Source: a virus. From it: DNA of 64,000 nt. The stretch covers positions 1-64,000 of the IMG/VR virus record IMGVR_UViG_3300032323_000939; one strand, given 5' to 3'. Each line of letters opens with the position of its first letter. Within the stretch, counting starts at the first letter, position 1. Both the position numbers and the translations under genes were made by a program. The notes beneath the pieces were generated by a model. The model was not told the DNA's origin. It worked only from the letters and a program-made list of their open reading frames with translations, and made no database searches. Below, in pieces: positions 18,349 through 28,365 of this stretch.

Positions 18349-18996
18349 TTAGGCTACAGAACGAGCAACTTCTAGCATTTCGGAGCGAGGGGTCTCTCGA
18401 ATTACTTCTGCTGTGAACGGTACAGCGGTTGCTACAAGTTCTTGAACAGCATCACTGTTCAACTTCCATTCCTCAGCAAGGTCACGACCACGTACGAAGT
18501 TTAGTGTGTACTGCGTAGTTGGTCCCATACCTAGTCGAGAAATTTCCCAGAACTCTTTTGATAGAGGTCCTTTGCGCTCATCTTCATGAGCCTTTTTAAT
18601 TTGACGTGCCAATGATGGTGGCGCTGTCAAAATTTGTACTCCTTGTGTATCCCCACTTAACACAAGAACATTAAATGAAAACTTGCCACGAGGCTTATCG
18701 CCTAGTACGTCGCAAAGTGGGCATGCATCACCGATACATACAAAAGATTTTTTACCCTTTGGGCGTTCAATCCAGTGTTGTTCATATGAAGCAAACGGTG
18801 CATCCTCTAAGAACTTAACAAGTTGTGGTTCTTCAGAGAAACGGAAGTCAGTTGGAAACTCTGATGTCTCCGACTTCACTAATGTATCAAATGCATCCCA
18901 GCCCTCTTGCACGGTTGTGCCGACTTTTGGTGAAGCATTTTCGCTGTCCTCATCTAAAAATGAGTCAGCACTGATTGTTGGTTTTGCTATAGGCAT
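18349..18996 (-). CDS. ssDNA-binding protein (T4 gp32-like, Zn-binding)
   Basis: YEQHW...FVC...CPLC, FNVLV, SRLGMGPTTQY; adjacent to polA. Confidence 0.7.
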   Translation of the reverse strand: MPIAKPTISADSFLDEDSENASPKVGTTVQEGWDAFDTLVKSETSEFPTDFRFSEEPQLVKFLEDAPFASYEQHWIERPKGKKSFVCIGDACPLCDVLGDKPRGKFSFNVLVLSGDTQGVQILTAPPSLARQIKKAHEDERKGPLSKEFWEISRLGMGPTTQYTLNFVRGRDLAEEWKLNSDAVQELVATAVPFTAEVIRETPRSEMLEVARSVA

Positions 18997-19058
18997 TTAC
19001 TTCTTCTTTCGGTAATGAGGCACGGAATAATCTTTGTATCTCTGTACAAAGTTAATTA

Positions 19059-19535
19059 CTACTGGCTCTCGATGGATGTGATTTCCTTCCAGCGCTTTAA
19101 TAAAGCATCCGTCAGGTCTTCGTGTTGGTTCCACTCTACACGAGCAGTTCCAAGTAAGCCACGCTTGTTGAACTCTTCAACAGCAGACTCAATGAGACTT
19201 CGGGTATATACCCGATTTCCTCCAGTCTTTTGACCTTTTAAAGTCTTAGACCGAAGTCGATACGGGGCACGAGGAATGTACCCTTTTCTCTCCCATAAAC
19301 GAATAGTTACAATTGTCTTTTCCAACGCCTGTGCTAATGCACCGATTGTAAAGACCTCTGTCTCTTTTCCTCCTAGGGTTTTAATGGTGGGACTTCCATC
19401 CCAGCCATTACTCTCACCGCTTTTACGGCGAGAAACTTTTGGATCTGGATCTCTACGTTTTTTCTTTGAACCAGGAATGTATTCAAGATCAGCAAATGCT
19501 GCCTCAATCTCATCATCCCCACGTAATCCAGCCAT
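19059..19535 (-). CDS. MerR-like HTH DNA-binding protein
   Basis: FTIGALAQAL...TIRLWERKGYIP...RVYT. Confidence 0.8.
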   Translation of the reverse strand: MAGLRGDDEIEAAFADLEYIPGSKKKRRDPDPKVSRRKSGESNGWDGSPTIKTLGGKETEVFTIGALAQALEKTIVTIRLWERKGYIPRAPYRLRSKTLKGQKTGGNRVYTRSLIESAVEEFNKRGLLGTARVEWNQHEDLTDALLKRWKEITSIESQ

Positions 19536-19540
19536 AGTTC

Positions 19541-19981
19541 CTACTTCTTATTTAAGATTAATGCCCACACTACCTTTTGTGGATACATTCTATCTATTTC
19601 TTCTTCGGTCAGTTTACCCTCATACAAAGCAGCCATTAAAGCATCTTCATCAACTACACGGATTGTTTTATACAACTCTTCTTCTAATCCCTTTTCAACA
19701 ATAACTTCATCTGCTGCTAACTCATCTATCTTACGAGTAACACGACGTTGCTTCTGTATGGTTCGAACTCCCTCAATCTCATCAGGTAGTTCAACAAAAA
19801 CATTTCCGTTTCCATCTACTTCACCAGCAGAGTCGACATGTTCAAATATCTTTTCTTTTAGACTTTTTAATTGTGAATCAAAATAGTCAACTTGTTTTTT
19901 AACAAAGATGTATTGTCTAGCAGATGCTTCGAAACTATTGTCATCTACTATTCGTGATTCTTCTGATTTTATTCTTGGCAT
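19541..19981 (-). CDS. Hypothetical protein (coiled-coil N-terminus)
   Basis: ORF with GGAGG SD before MPRIK. Confidence 0.7.
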   Translation of the reverse strand: MPRIKSEESRIVDDNSFEASARQYIFVKKQVDYFDSQLKSLKEKIFEHVDSAGEVDGNGNVFVELPDEIEGVRTIQKQRRVTRKIDELAADEVIVEKGLEEELYKTIRVVDEDALMAALYEGKLTEEEIDRMYPQKVVWALILNKK

Positions 19982-19992
19982 ATTTTCCTCCC

Positions 19993-21564
19993 TCAAGGTC
20001 TTGCTCTTTGTAGGAACCCTATCAAAGATCCAACGGTCAGGTCAATTCCTCCTTTGGAGTTGATACCTTCGCCATCTAAAACCGCTTCTGCTACTGCATT
20101 TTTTTGCTGTAACATCTCATGCTGGCGTTCTTCAAGAGAGTGCTCTGTAAGAATATCTTGAATTGTGATGCTGGGCCAACGACTAGATGCTCTCTTAATT
20201 CTACCATTTCTTTGAACAGCCAACCCTGCGCTCCAGGGTAGGTCATAGTTTACTAAGAGGTTAGCGTTTGGTAAGTCTACGCCATACCCACCTGCATCAG
20301 ACGAAATGAATACACGACAATCTGGATCAGTTAAAAACTTTTCTTTACTGGCTTCTTTTTCTTTTGAGTTCATATAACCAGTGTATAAAGTTCCTCCAAC
20401 CTCATCCTTTATTAAATTTAACATTCCTACATAAGAAGTAAAGATAACAACCTTTGCATCTGGGTCTGTGTCTAAATGATCATTTACATAACTCTTTAAA
20501 GCGTTTAGTTTTTTAGATCCCTTTACTCCTTCAAATAAACCACGATACTGTAAAGAACTGCAGTAGGCGCTACCTTCTCCCTCTCCTTTATCAAATTTAA
20601 TTGCGCTATCTAATAACAAAGAGGGATGATTACACAACATACGAAGTGCAGTAATCTTACTCATGATAGAACCACGAAGGGCATCTGCTGGGCCACCCTG
20701 CTTGCTATCGTGACCATAGTGAGCCAACAAAGAAAATCCAGATCCAAGAAGTTGTTGTGCCTCCATTAGTTCCTGTGCTAGTTCATCTGCAATAGTGTTA
20801 TATAGGGCCGATGTTTCTGGGCCTAAGTTAATTAATATAGGGTCTCTGTAAATAGTGTCTGGCAAGTAAGGTGCTACATCTGGGTCGGTTTGAACTTTTC
20901 TAACTGATGCTTGTTTCATCTTTTCATGGAAGATAGGTAGGTTTCGATACCTTTGTACGCCGCCAAAATGATTTCTAACAATAAATGTTTGATCAAACAA
21001 ATCAAAACGACCCAATAACTTAGGGTCAACAAATTGCATAATGCTGTACAACTCTTCTGGTCTACCATTTTCAATCGGGGTTCCAGTTAAAGCAAATCGA
21101 ATAGGTACATTAGCGGACAACTTCTTAACAGCCTTAGATCGTTTAGACCTAAACCCCTTTATAGCAGTTGCTTCATCACAAACGATGGCTCCCCACTCAA
21201 TTGCTTCTATCAAGTCCCAGTCGTTTACTACGGCTTCATAGTTACAAATTACGTACTTATTGTACTGTCCTAACCCTGATTCATTTCCCCACCTAGTAGT
21301 ACGAGTAGATTTAGACCCATCAACTACTACTGTGCTGGCATCAGAAAACTTTTTAATTTCTTTTTCCCATTGATACTTTAAACTAGATAATGCAATAATT
21401 AAAATTGGTTTTGTTAATTCTTTATTTTCTCTTAATTTTTCTAAAGCAGCAATTGTCATACAAGTCTTTCCTAAACCCATCTCGTAAGCAACTAACATCT
21501 GTTTACGATCAACCATCTTATCTACAGCCTCTGGTTGGTATGGCTTTAACTCTCCTTTAAACAT
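19993..21564 (-). CDS. SNF2-family helicase/ATPase
   Basis: EMGLGKT, CDEA, LTGTPIEN, GGYGVDL, QRNGRIKR. Confidence 0.9.
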   Translation of the reverse strand: MFKGELKPYQPEAVDKMVDRKQMLVAYEMGLGKTCMTIAALEKLRENKELTKPILIIALSSLKYQWEKEIKKFSDASTVVVDGSKSTRTTRWGNESGLGQYNKYVICNYEAVVNDWDLIEAIEWGAIVCDEATAIKGFRSKRSKAVKKLSANVPIRFALTGTPIENGRPEELYSIMQFVDPKLLGRFDLFDQTFIVRNHFGGVQRYRNLPIFHEKMKQASVRKVQTDPDVAPYLPDTIYRDPILINLGPETSALYNTIADELAQELMEAQQLLGSGFSLLAHYGHDSKQGGPADALRGSIMSKITALRMLCNHPSLLLDSAIKFDKGEGEGSAYCSSLQYRGLFEGVKGSKKLNALKSYVNDHLDTDPDAKVVIFTSYVGMLNLIKDEVGGTLYTGYMNSKEKEASKEKFLTDPDCRVFISSDAGGYGVDLPNANLLVNYDLPWSAGLAVQRNGRIKRASSRWPSITIQDILTEHSLEERQHEMLQQKNAVAEAVLDGEGINSKGGIDLTVGSLIGFLQRARP

Positions 21565-21730
21565 TGTCTATTGGCGTTGGTGCTGTTGCCAATGCTCCAC
21601 ATAAAGCACATTCCATATCTAACATGTACAAAGATATTTCGCCTTCTTCAAACATAGCCTTTACTTTCCACAAGGTAGACCCACATACACAAACTTCTAA
21701 TGGTCTCTCACTATCACGAAGGTCTATCAC
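21557..21730 (-). CDS. Small Zn-binding protein (57 aa; not in ORF track)
   Basis: Own translation MIDLRDSERPLEVCVCGS...MECALCGALATAPTPIDNV; fills gap with overlap coupling. Confidence 0.8.
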   Translation of the reverse strand: MIDLRDSERPLEVCVCGSTLWKVKAMFEEGEISLYMLDMECALCGALATAPTPIDNV

Positions 21731-22656
21731 AGGTAGGCTGCTTTGCCATAGATCATGTCTTTTGAATTACTAATACCAAAATTAATTTGCTCTTCTGTCA
21801 TGTCTCCGACATCTTTCATGTCAATACCTTGGTAATTAAAGTAAGATAATTCCATTCCATACTTTTTAGAAAATCCAAGAATCTGTTCGTTTGCAGATTG
21901 GCCAGCCTTATCATTATCAAATGCTGCTAATAATTTTGGTGCACGCCTCATTAACTTTGCTTGATCTTCACTTATAATTGCACCAAATGTTGATATGGCA
22001 TTATGCCCTAACCCAGTAAGACGAACCGCATCTAAAGGTGACTCGACTACAATTAAGGTATTAACTGAATCCATAATTTGAATACCAAATACTGTCTTTG
22101 ATTTTTTTACTCCTGCTGGTTGGTTCTTAAAGAACCGACCACGGGCGCCTTTCTCTTGCCAACCCCACAAAGTAAAATCATCTGGATCACGAATAGGTAA
22201 GATCCATGCGTTGTTTGTCTTATCCCACAGTACCCCGTGAGCAGTAACTGACTCTGTCTTTAAAAATCTTTTCTTTAATTCAATCTCTGGTGGGTCTGTG
22301 TATACAGCAAGGCGTGCTTCTGACATACCTATTGGCTCTTCTGCCTGTATGTACTGTGGTAGTTCTTGTAACCGTTTCATTAGAGAGTCAATCGGTGTTC
22401 CTGATTTTCCCTTTATAAATTCTTTAGCGCCATTTAAATTTACGCCAAGCATGTCTTTTACAAGAGTAAATATGTTTCCTTTATAGCCGCAAGAAAAACA
22501 AATGTGTGCACCAGTCTCAGTGTTTATCCACCAAGATGGATGGTTGTCTTCTTTTCCAGTTCTCTCTTTATGCATTGGACATAGTCCATTTACTTCTGCG
22601 CCTCTTTGAGCGTATAAAGAAAGGTCTAAAGATAAAAGGATTTTTTCAATATCCAT
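21727..22656 (-). CDS. DNA primase (CHC2 Zn finger + TOPRIM)
   Basis: CPMH...CFSC; VVESPLDA; FDNDKAG. Confidence 0.9.
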   Translation of the reverse strand: MDIEKILLSLDLSLYAQRGAEVNGLCPMHKERTGKEDNHPSWWINTETGAHICFSCGYKGNIFTLVKDMLGVNLNGAKEFIKGKSGTPIDSLMKRLQELPQYIQAEEPIGMSEARLAVYTDPPEIELKKRFLKTESVTAHGVLWDKTNNAWILPIRDPDDFTLWGWQEKGARGRFFKNQPAGVKKSKTVFGIQIMDSVNTLIVVESPLDAVRLTGLGHNAISTFGAIISEDQAKLMRRAPKLLAAFDNDKAGQSANEQILGFSKKYGMELSYFNYQGIDMKDVGDMTEEQINFGISNSKDMIYGKAAYL

Positions 22657-23906
22657 TACATTCTGCCCCAGTCAGAACAGAACTTGCACTTCATCATCTC
22701 TTCTTCATCGTGGAAACAACCAGTTTCCCAACGCCAAGTTAAAGCCGCTTCAGTTGGACCACAGTTACGGCTGGCTACTACCTTCAATAACCTAATGTCC
22801 TCATCTTCTTCTACTGGCTCTAAGCCAAGTATTACATCTGAGTCTTGGAAGAAAGAAGAAGAGTAACCAATTGAATCAGCAGTAACTTTACCAGCACGCA
22901 TTTTCCAAAGCAGAGTCTGTGTAGTAATTATAATTGGCTTATCAATCTTTTGCGCTAATCGTTTTAGGGCACGAGTTACATTTGTTATTGCTTGTGGCGT
23001 GTTCATCTCGCCTGTAACTTCATCCAGCATCAAGTAAACACCGTCTACAAATACTATGTCTGGCTTGGTTTGTTCAATCTTTGCTGATAGGGCAGAAACA
23101 GTAATTCCGTTTACGGCATCAATTAAATGAAAAGAATGTTCTTTTTCCATCTCATTTAACACATCTACATATCTGGCCTCTTCTGCAGGAAGCAACTTAC
23201 CTCTTCTTAATCTTCCGTGAGATATGTGAGAGCGCATAGAGTCATGGCGTTGTTGTTGCTCATGGTTGTTCATTTCAAATGATTGGAACATTGGAGTCTT
23301 ACCAAGTCTGTGTACGTTGATAGCCATCTGTAAAGCAATTTGTGACTTACCAGTTTTTGGTGGAGCAATAATTGTTATTAACTGACCTCCTTGAAGACCA
23401 GCAGTTGCTTCATCAATCTTTTTAAAGCCAGTTGGAATTCCTAAAAACTCTTGGTTTTGAAGTGCTTGATACTCTTTGTATCGCTCTTCGGTATTCTTAG
23501 TTAAGTCAACCTCATGAGTTCCTAGTACACCCTGCTCATTAACTTTAGAAATCGTTGCTTCCATAGCAATGAGGGCTGCATCATGATTGTTATCTTGTAG
23601 TTGCTCAATAGCAACTTCAAGACCCTGTCTAGTGAGGAGTCTGCGACGGAAATCAACCATCGTATCAAGTAAATAATCAATGCTGTCTTGAACATCTAAT
23701 ATCTTAAAGTTTGGATAATGATCTTTAACTGTTACAGCAGTAGGGACTTCGCTGTACTCTCCATAATGCTTTCTAATAAAGAACCAGACTTTTTTATTGT
23801 CATCATCAAGAAACCAAGAATCGTTTACACCACGATGTAAGGCAGGGACTATGTCCCTATCACGTATTACCTTACTGACTAATCTGTGTTCGTTGTCCGC
23901 CGCCAT
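22656..23906 (-). CDS. dnaB: DnaB-like replicative helicase
   Basis: GIPTGF, APPKTGKS, SFEM, FVDG, QDSD. Confidence 0.9.
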   Translation of the reverse strand: MAADNEHRLVSKVIRDRDIVPALHRGVNDSWFLDDDNKKVWFFIRKHYGEYSEVPTAVTVKDHYPNFKILDVQDSIDYLLDTMVDFRRRLLTRQGLEVAIEQLQDNNHDAALIAMEATISKVNEQGVLGTHEVDLTKNTEERYKEYQALQNQEFLGIPTGFKKIDEATAGLQGGQLITIIAPPKTGKSQIALQMAINVHRLGKTPMFQSFEMNNHEQQQRHDSMRSHISHGRLRRGKLLPAEEARYVDVLNEMEKEHSFHLIDAVNGITVSALSAKIEQTKPDIVFVDGVYLMLDEVTGEMNTPQAITNVTRALKRLAQKIDKPIIITTQTLLWKMRAGKVTADSIGYSSSFFQDSDVILGLEPVEEDEDIRLLKVVASRNCGPTEAALTWRWETGCFHDEEEMMKCKFCSDWGRM

Positions 23907-23918
23907 TTGTAGCCCCTC

Positions 23919-24335
23919 TTACAAGTTATCTAACTCTATCCCTGCTGATCCATATCTAGCCACTCTACCAGGTATGTCAATTATTCCCTTAAGGTTAGCA
24001 CGGTATGGAAGTGCTCCGACTAACTCCTCTACGTTCTCGTATAACTGCCAGTAGTTAAATGGATTAACTACACGACGCTCTAACTTCTCAAAGGCCTTAT
24101 CAAGTAACTCTTCGGTCCAACCTTGGTCTTCAAAGCCAGCCAACTCTAATGCTATCCCGTAGTTACTTGATAGCAACCAAAGTTTATTAGCGCTTTGTAA
24201 ATTAACATTACCAATTTTTTGTTGAACTTTTTTTGATAGCAGTCTTCTAGACTCCTCCTCGACTAATTCTATTACTACATCTGTTAAACAGATTACTTGC
24301 GGGGAGGAGACGTTAGATATGTCTCCATTTTTCAT
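23919..24335 (-). CDS. Hypothetical protein (possibly degenerate HAD-like fold)
   Basis: MKNGDISN N-terminus; alpha/beta pattern. Confidence 0.55.
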   Translation of the reverse strand: MKNGDISNVSSPQVICLTDVVIELVEEESRRLLSKKVQQKIGNVNLQSANKLWLLSSNYGIALELAGFEDQGWTEELLDKAFEKLERRVVNPFNYWQLYENVEELVGALPYRANLKGIIDIPGRVARYGSAGIELDNL

Positions 24336-24643
24336 AGGACTTCTATCTTAGCGTGCTTTACTACAAACTCTCTAAACTTCTTTGGATCATTACTGGCTTG
24401 AACCGCCAACTCTTCAGGTACCTCATTTGGAACCAATATTGAGTAATGACCTTTATTTAATTTCATTTTGTTATCAACAAACTTTACATGCTTACAACTG
24501 GCGGTTTTTTTCCATACTGGACAATTGCAACGTGTCTTCTTTGTATCGGTGTCTACTTCCACCTCAAATATTCCAGCAGCCTGAGCAGAGATAAACATCT
24601 GAACAGTCCTCCAAGGACTCCTCATAATTCTGCCGCCTTTCAT
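24332..24643 (-). CDS. SWIM zinc-finger protein
   Basis: CNCP...CKH. Confidence 0.8.
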   Translation of the reverse strand: MKGGRIMRSPWRTVQMFISAQAAGIFEVEVDTDTKKTRCNCPVWKKTASCKHVKFVDNKMKLNKGHYSILVPNEVPEELAVQASNDPKKFREFVVKHAKIEVL

Positions 24644-25362
24644 TGGGCTGCTCTCATGTCTGAACCAATAATAGGAACTCGTATAAAGGCTTCATGTGCA
24701 AAACTTGCCATGGCTTCCTTGTATTCGGCTTCCCAATTCTCTAACCTAACATTCGTCGTAACGATTGTTGGAAGAGCCTTGTCGTATCTAAGTCGAAGTA
24801 TCTCATCGAATGAGGTGTCATCGTACTTTGAACCGTATTCTTTTCCTAAATCGTCAATTACTAGGATTCTCACATTTAACCAGTCAAACTTAGACCTTCC
24901 ATGGAATCCATCAATCTCGGATATAGATTGTTTCTTATCATCCATATCTGAATCAAAGGTCGCTTTCTTTCTAGATAAGAACTCTGGATAAGTCATGTAA
25001 TAGACGGGTCGTGCACCAAGGCCAAAATCAGAAGCACTCATACCCAGTACCTTTGCAGCATCTGCATCGTTATCTGGGAGATTACGAACAAACTCCATAG
25101 CAGCAACTACTGCGTGTGTTGTCTTACCAATTCCTGGTCCACCATCAAATAGTAAGCCAACACCGTTAACACCGATGTTACCAATCTGCTTAATGACTCT
25201 TCCCTCAACGGAGTCGTTTATCCATGTAGAGACCTCTACTGGAAAATCTCCAGATCTCTTTTCTATATCAGATGGCTCTAACCCCAAGAACCTGCGGGGT
25301 ATGTTTGAATTACGAAGTAACCAGTGCTTCTTTAGAGAAGATAGTTGATTAATGTCATACAC
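24640..25362 (-). CDS. DnaC/IstB-like AAA+ helicase loader
   Basis: GGPGIGKT, LVIDDLGKE, R...LPTIVTTN. Confidence 0.88.
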   Translation of the reverse strand: MYDINQLSSLKKHWLLRNSNIPRRFLGLEPSDIEKRSGDFPVEVSTWINDSVEGRVIKQIGNIGVNGVGLLFDGGPGIGKTTHAVVAAMEFVRNLPDNDADAAKVLGMSASDFGLGARPVYYMTYPEFLSRKKATFDSDMDDKKQSISEIDGFHGRSKFDWLNVRILVIDDLGKEYGSKYDDTSFDEILRLRYDKALPTIVTTNVRLENWEAEYKEAMASFAHEAFIRVPIIGSDMRAAQ

Positions 25363-25374
25363 TTTTTCCCCACC

Positions 25375-26046
25375 TCATTTGTAGCCTTTTCTAGTCCAAA
25401 AGTTGTCTCTGTAGATGTTCTTACCTAAAGAGTCTAACATAATGTTATGTTCATTTTGCAAATCCTCATTAAACGTCTCTAACTTGACTTCCCAGTTCTC
25501 TCTTTTAAAAGGAAATATTTGATACATAGGTGTTCCTGCTGGGATCACTCCTTCAAAATCTTTTTTAAAATAAAAAGGGATATTACCAATCTGGGTATAC
25601 TGAAATTTATCTGCATCTACAATCCCAGAAATAGTGGTAAAAGGTAAATCTAACCTATTGTGCGGATGAGTAATCAAAACGCTGTAACCTTTAGGTAAAA
25701 CTGGTACCCAATAACTTCTCCAAATAAACTCTTCTTTTAGATAGGAATCTGAAACACTTAGACTAGATATAGTTCGTTTGTTAATCATCTCTAACTCTGA
25801 GTTATTTTCAATTATTAACCTATCTAAATCTTTTTTTACAATAATGTTAGACCAAGTTTGTTGGGTATAGCCAGAAGATAACGTGTCTAAGAATGGCATG
25901 CAAAACTTTAAATTATTAGAGTTAATAACTAAATCTTTTGATTTAGGCAGTTCTCTATACCAATCAGGAATTGAAAACTTAGAAGGAGTCGGTGCTGGGC
26001 ATTGTCTTTTTAAATCCTCGACTCCTTCTCTAAAAACTATTTTCAT
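25375..26046 (-). CDS. DUF6065-like protein (paralogue 1)
   Basis: PDWY, CMPFLD..SGY, HP.NR.DLPF...GIVDAD, GTP..Q.FPFKRE.W. Confidence 0.65.
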   Translation of the reverse strand: MKIVFREGVEDLKRQCPAPTPSKFSIPDWYRELPKSKDLVINSNNLKFCMPFLDTLSSGYTQQTWSNIIVKKDLDRLIIENNSELEMINKRTISSLSVSDSYLKEEFIWRSYWVPVLPKGYSVLITHPHNRLDLPFTTISGIVDADKFQYTQIGNIPFYFKKDFEGVIPAGTPMYQIFPFKRENWEVKLETFNEDLQNEHNIMLDSLGKNIYRDNFWTRKGYK

Positions 26047-26050
26047 TTAC

Positions 26051-26197
26051 TTAGATGTCGTCTTCCTCAAACTCAAACTCGTATACTCCACCATACTTCA
26101 TACCTATGTGAAGAAACCAACTACTAATTAAAAGCATTGTGTCGCCAAAAAATCTAAGCAATTTATTATTGGTTGGATAAACTAATCTGCTACTCAT
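26051..26197 (-). CDS. Small hypothetical protein (48 aa; not in ORF track)
   Basis: Own translation MSSRLVYPTNNKLLRFFG...EFEEDDI. Confidence 0.6.
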   Translation of the reverse strand: MSSRLVYPTNNKLLRFFGDTMLLISSWFLHIGMKYGGVYEFEFEEDDI

Positions 26198-26339
26198 GTG
26201 GCCCTCTATCTACTATTACTTTCTCCCAATCAGTATTGCACTGATTGCACTTTAAGTCCAATGACATGCTCTCTCTTTCGATAGCGACGCCTTGGCTCTT
26301 ATTCTTACAAGATGGACAGAAGAAACTAAACTCGAGCAT
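26190..26339 (-). CDS. Zn-ribbon small protein (49 aa; not in ORF track)
   Basis: MLEFSFFCPSC...KCNQCNTDWEK. Confidence 0.7.
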   Translation of the reverse strand: MLEFSFFCPSCKNKSQGVAIERESMSLDLKCNQCNTDWEKVIVDRGPHE

Positions 26340-26341
26340 AT

Positions 26342-26623
26342 TTACGCTTTGAAGTTTAACTCTCCGCTAAATGAGAGTGGCTTACCTTTTAGGTCTTTTG
26401 CATCTGTAGCCACCATCTTTACGCTCTTGCGTGGAGTTAACTTCTGAACCATCTCCTTGACCCAACGTTTTCCTGCTGATGCGTTAGCCCAAGCAGAATC
26501 AATCATTACATCTACTGCTTCAATACCTTCTTCTTGAACAGTTACAGTTGCCATCCATGCGCCACCTTTAACGTTGTTCTTTGTTAGATCTGCTTTAAAG
26601 ATCTTACTTATTTTTTTAGCCAT
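26342..26623 (-). CDS. Hypothetical basic protein
   Basis: Start at MAKKISK with GGAG SD. Confidence 0.7.
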   Translation of the reverse strand: MAKKISKIFKADLTKNNVKGGAWMATVTVQEEGIEAVDVMIDSAWANASAGKRWVKEMVQKLTPRKSVKMVATDAKDLKGKPLSFSGELNFKA

Positions 26624-26670
26624 TTTATTTCTCCGATCTTTTGTTGGTTGATTTTTACTGGTAACTAACT

Positions 26671-27384
26671 TTATTGGTAACTTTTCTTTTCCCAAAAGTT
26701 CTTTTTATAAGACCCAATAAATGTCTTCAAAAAAGAATGATATCTTTTATAGTGCTCATCTGGGTTATGTTTAGTAACTTTTGAAGTCCATTTTTCTCTC
26801 TTTATAAAGTTTAATTGACATACAGGAGTTCCTGCTTCAATTACTCCTTCAAAATTTTTCTTTAATAAAAAAGGAAACTTTACTGAAATAAAAAAAGAAT
26901 CACAATCAACTATACCTGTAAGTGTGGTAAATGGTAAATCAAAACGATTTGCAGGATGAGAAAACATCACGCTATAACCTTTAGGAGTACTAATCTGCCA
27001 TTCGTTGTTCCATTTCAAAACTGCGTTATCGTACTCCTCAGTAATTGGAAGTCCATCAAATTGTTCAAAGGAATGGTGTGTCACTAGCGTACTTCCTGTT
27101 CTCCACCTAACAAATGGGCTTCCGTCTTCTGCTCGATCTACATGCAGGTCTTCATTTAAGTAAGCCATGTAACCAGAAGTCAATGCGTCTAAAAATGGTA
27201 CGCATTTTTTCATGGAAACATTTGGCATACCATACTCAAGTGGAAATTTAAGTTTTTTATCGTTATTTGTATACTGCTTTATTGCCACATACCATTTTGG
27301 AATAAATTTTGTAGATGACTTAGGAAACCCATCGGATAAGTAAGCCTCGTTATTGTCTGGAGTAAATACCACCTGTTTACTCAT
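26671..27384 (-). CDS. DUF6065-like protein (paralogue 2)
   Basis: Same motif set as 25375-26046. Confidence 0.65.
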   Translation of the reverse strand: MSKQVVFTPDNNEAYLSDGFPKSSTKFIPKWYVAIKQYTNNDKKLKFPLEYGMPNVSMKKCVPFLDALTSGYMAYLNEDLHVDRAEDGSPFVRWRTGSTLVTHHSFEQFDGLPITEEYDNAVLKWNNEWQISTPKGYSVMFSHPANRFDLPFTTLTGIVDCDSFFISVKFPFLLKKNFEGVIEAGTPVCQLNFIKREKWTSKVTKHNPDEHYKRYHSFLKTFIGSYKKNFWEKKSYQ

Positions 27385-28365
27385 TTATTTTCCAATCATC
27401 AATTTCTTTTCATATCGCTCTAGTTGTGCACGTCCAGACATTGAGTTCTGGAATACACGGCCATCACTTGCAGTGAGTGTCCCCATCTTAACCACAGTCT
27501 CTGCTGGGGCGCTAATTTTACCTAAGCCTAAGTTTTCACGGGCCTGGTTTATCCTTTTTCCAAAGGAGGCTAGGAACATCTTGTAGAGGAACGGGGCTTC
27601 GTCACCGACATCTTTGAAGTTACGTTCATCTGCCATAAACAGACGGAGTAACTCTAACTCAATTAGGGCGTTGGTCTGGTATTGGGTTCTGAACTTTGCG
27701 AGTGCTCCACTGAGTTGCTTGACGCTAACTGTTCCAGGGAGTAAGGGATACTTCCTGCCGACACGATAAGAAAACTCTGCAGCGACATCCATTGGGGTCC
27801 ACTCATGCTCTGGTCGCTTTCCCCTAGTCCGAGGATCGGATTTTCTGATCTTGGGCTGTGGCGCATCCTTCGGCTCAACCAATCCAAAACCTGCCAAGTT
27901 GTCTCCATCATCTTCCCATTTTCTCATAGGCACCTTTATTTCTTTAGTGAAACTTTTAGTTTCAATATCTTTTAATTTATTACTATCTTTACTATTAGGT
28001 ACTAATGGCTTATTAGTAATACTGCTACGTGACCTATAGTCATGTGAGGTGCGGACATTTGAGGCCCGCTGCTCTTGGGCTTCTAAAGTCCCAGAAGTCA
28101 CTTGTGGGCTTGTAATGTCCAGCAAGTCCTTGCCACGAAATCCGTTGGCTCTCTTTGTCTTAGTTCTCTTTATGAACCCAGCCTGCTCAAGGGCTAGGAG
28201 GCCTCTACGGACCGTCTTCTCATTGACTCCGCCTGTCTCTATACCAAGTGACTCTGCTGAAGCCTGCAGATGGCCTTCAGAGCCCGATAAGTGGCAGATG
28301 GTGGCAAGTAGTCGGAACTGGTAATCAGTGAGGTTGGCTGAATAAGCCTCTAGCGGGATTCTCAA
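27385..28365 (-). CDS. Replication initiator with N-terminal wHTH
   Basis: LTDYQFRLL...EKTVRRGLLALEQAGFI; upstream of DnaC-like and DnaB genes. Confidence 0.7.
   Translation of the reverse strand: MRIPLEAYSANLTDYQFRLLATICHLSGSEGHLQASAESLGIETGGVNEKTVRRGLLALEQAGFIKRTKTKRANGFRGKDLLDITSPQVTSGTLEAQEQRASNVRTSHDYRSRSSITNKPLVPNSKDSNKLKDIETKSFTKEIKVPMRKWEDDGDNLAGFGLVEPKDAPQPKIRKSDPRTRGKRPEHEWTPMDVAAEFSYRVGRKYPLLPGTVSVKQLSGALAKFRTQYQTNALIELELLRLFMADERNFKDVGDEAPFLYKMFLASFGKRINQARENLGLGKISAPAETVVKMGTLTASDGRVFQNSMSGRAQLERYEKKLMIGK

Noticed and set aside
14856-23906. Inteins or introns in RecA, PolA, DnaB, SNF2
   Set aside because: Normal lengths, continuous motifs, no splice-junction or homing endonuclease signatures
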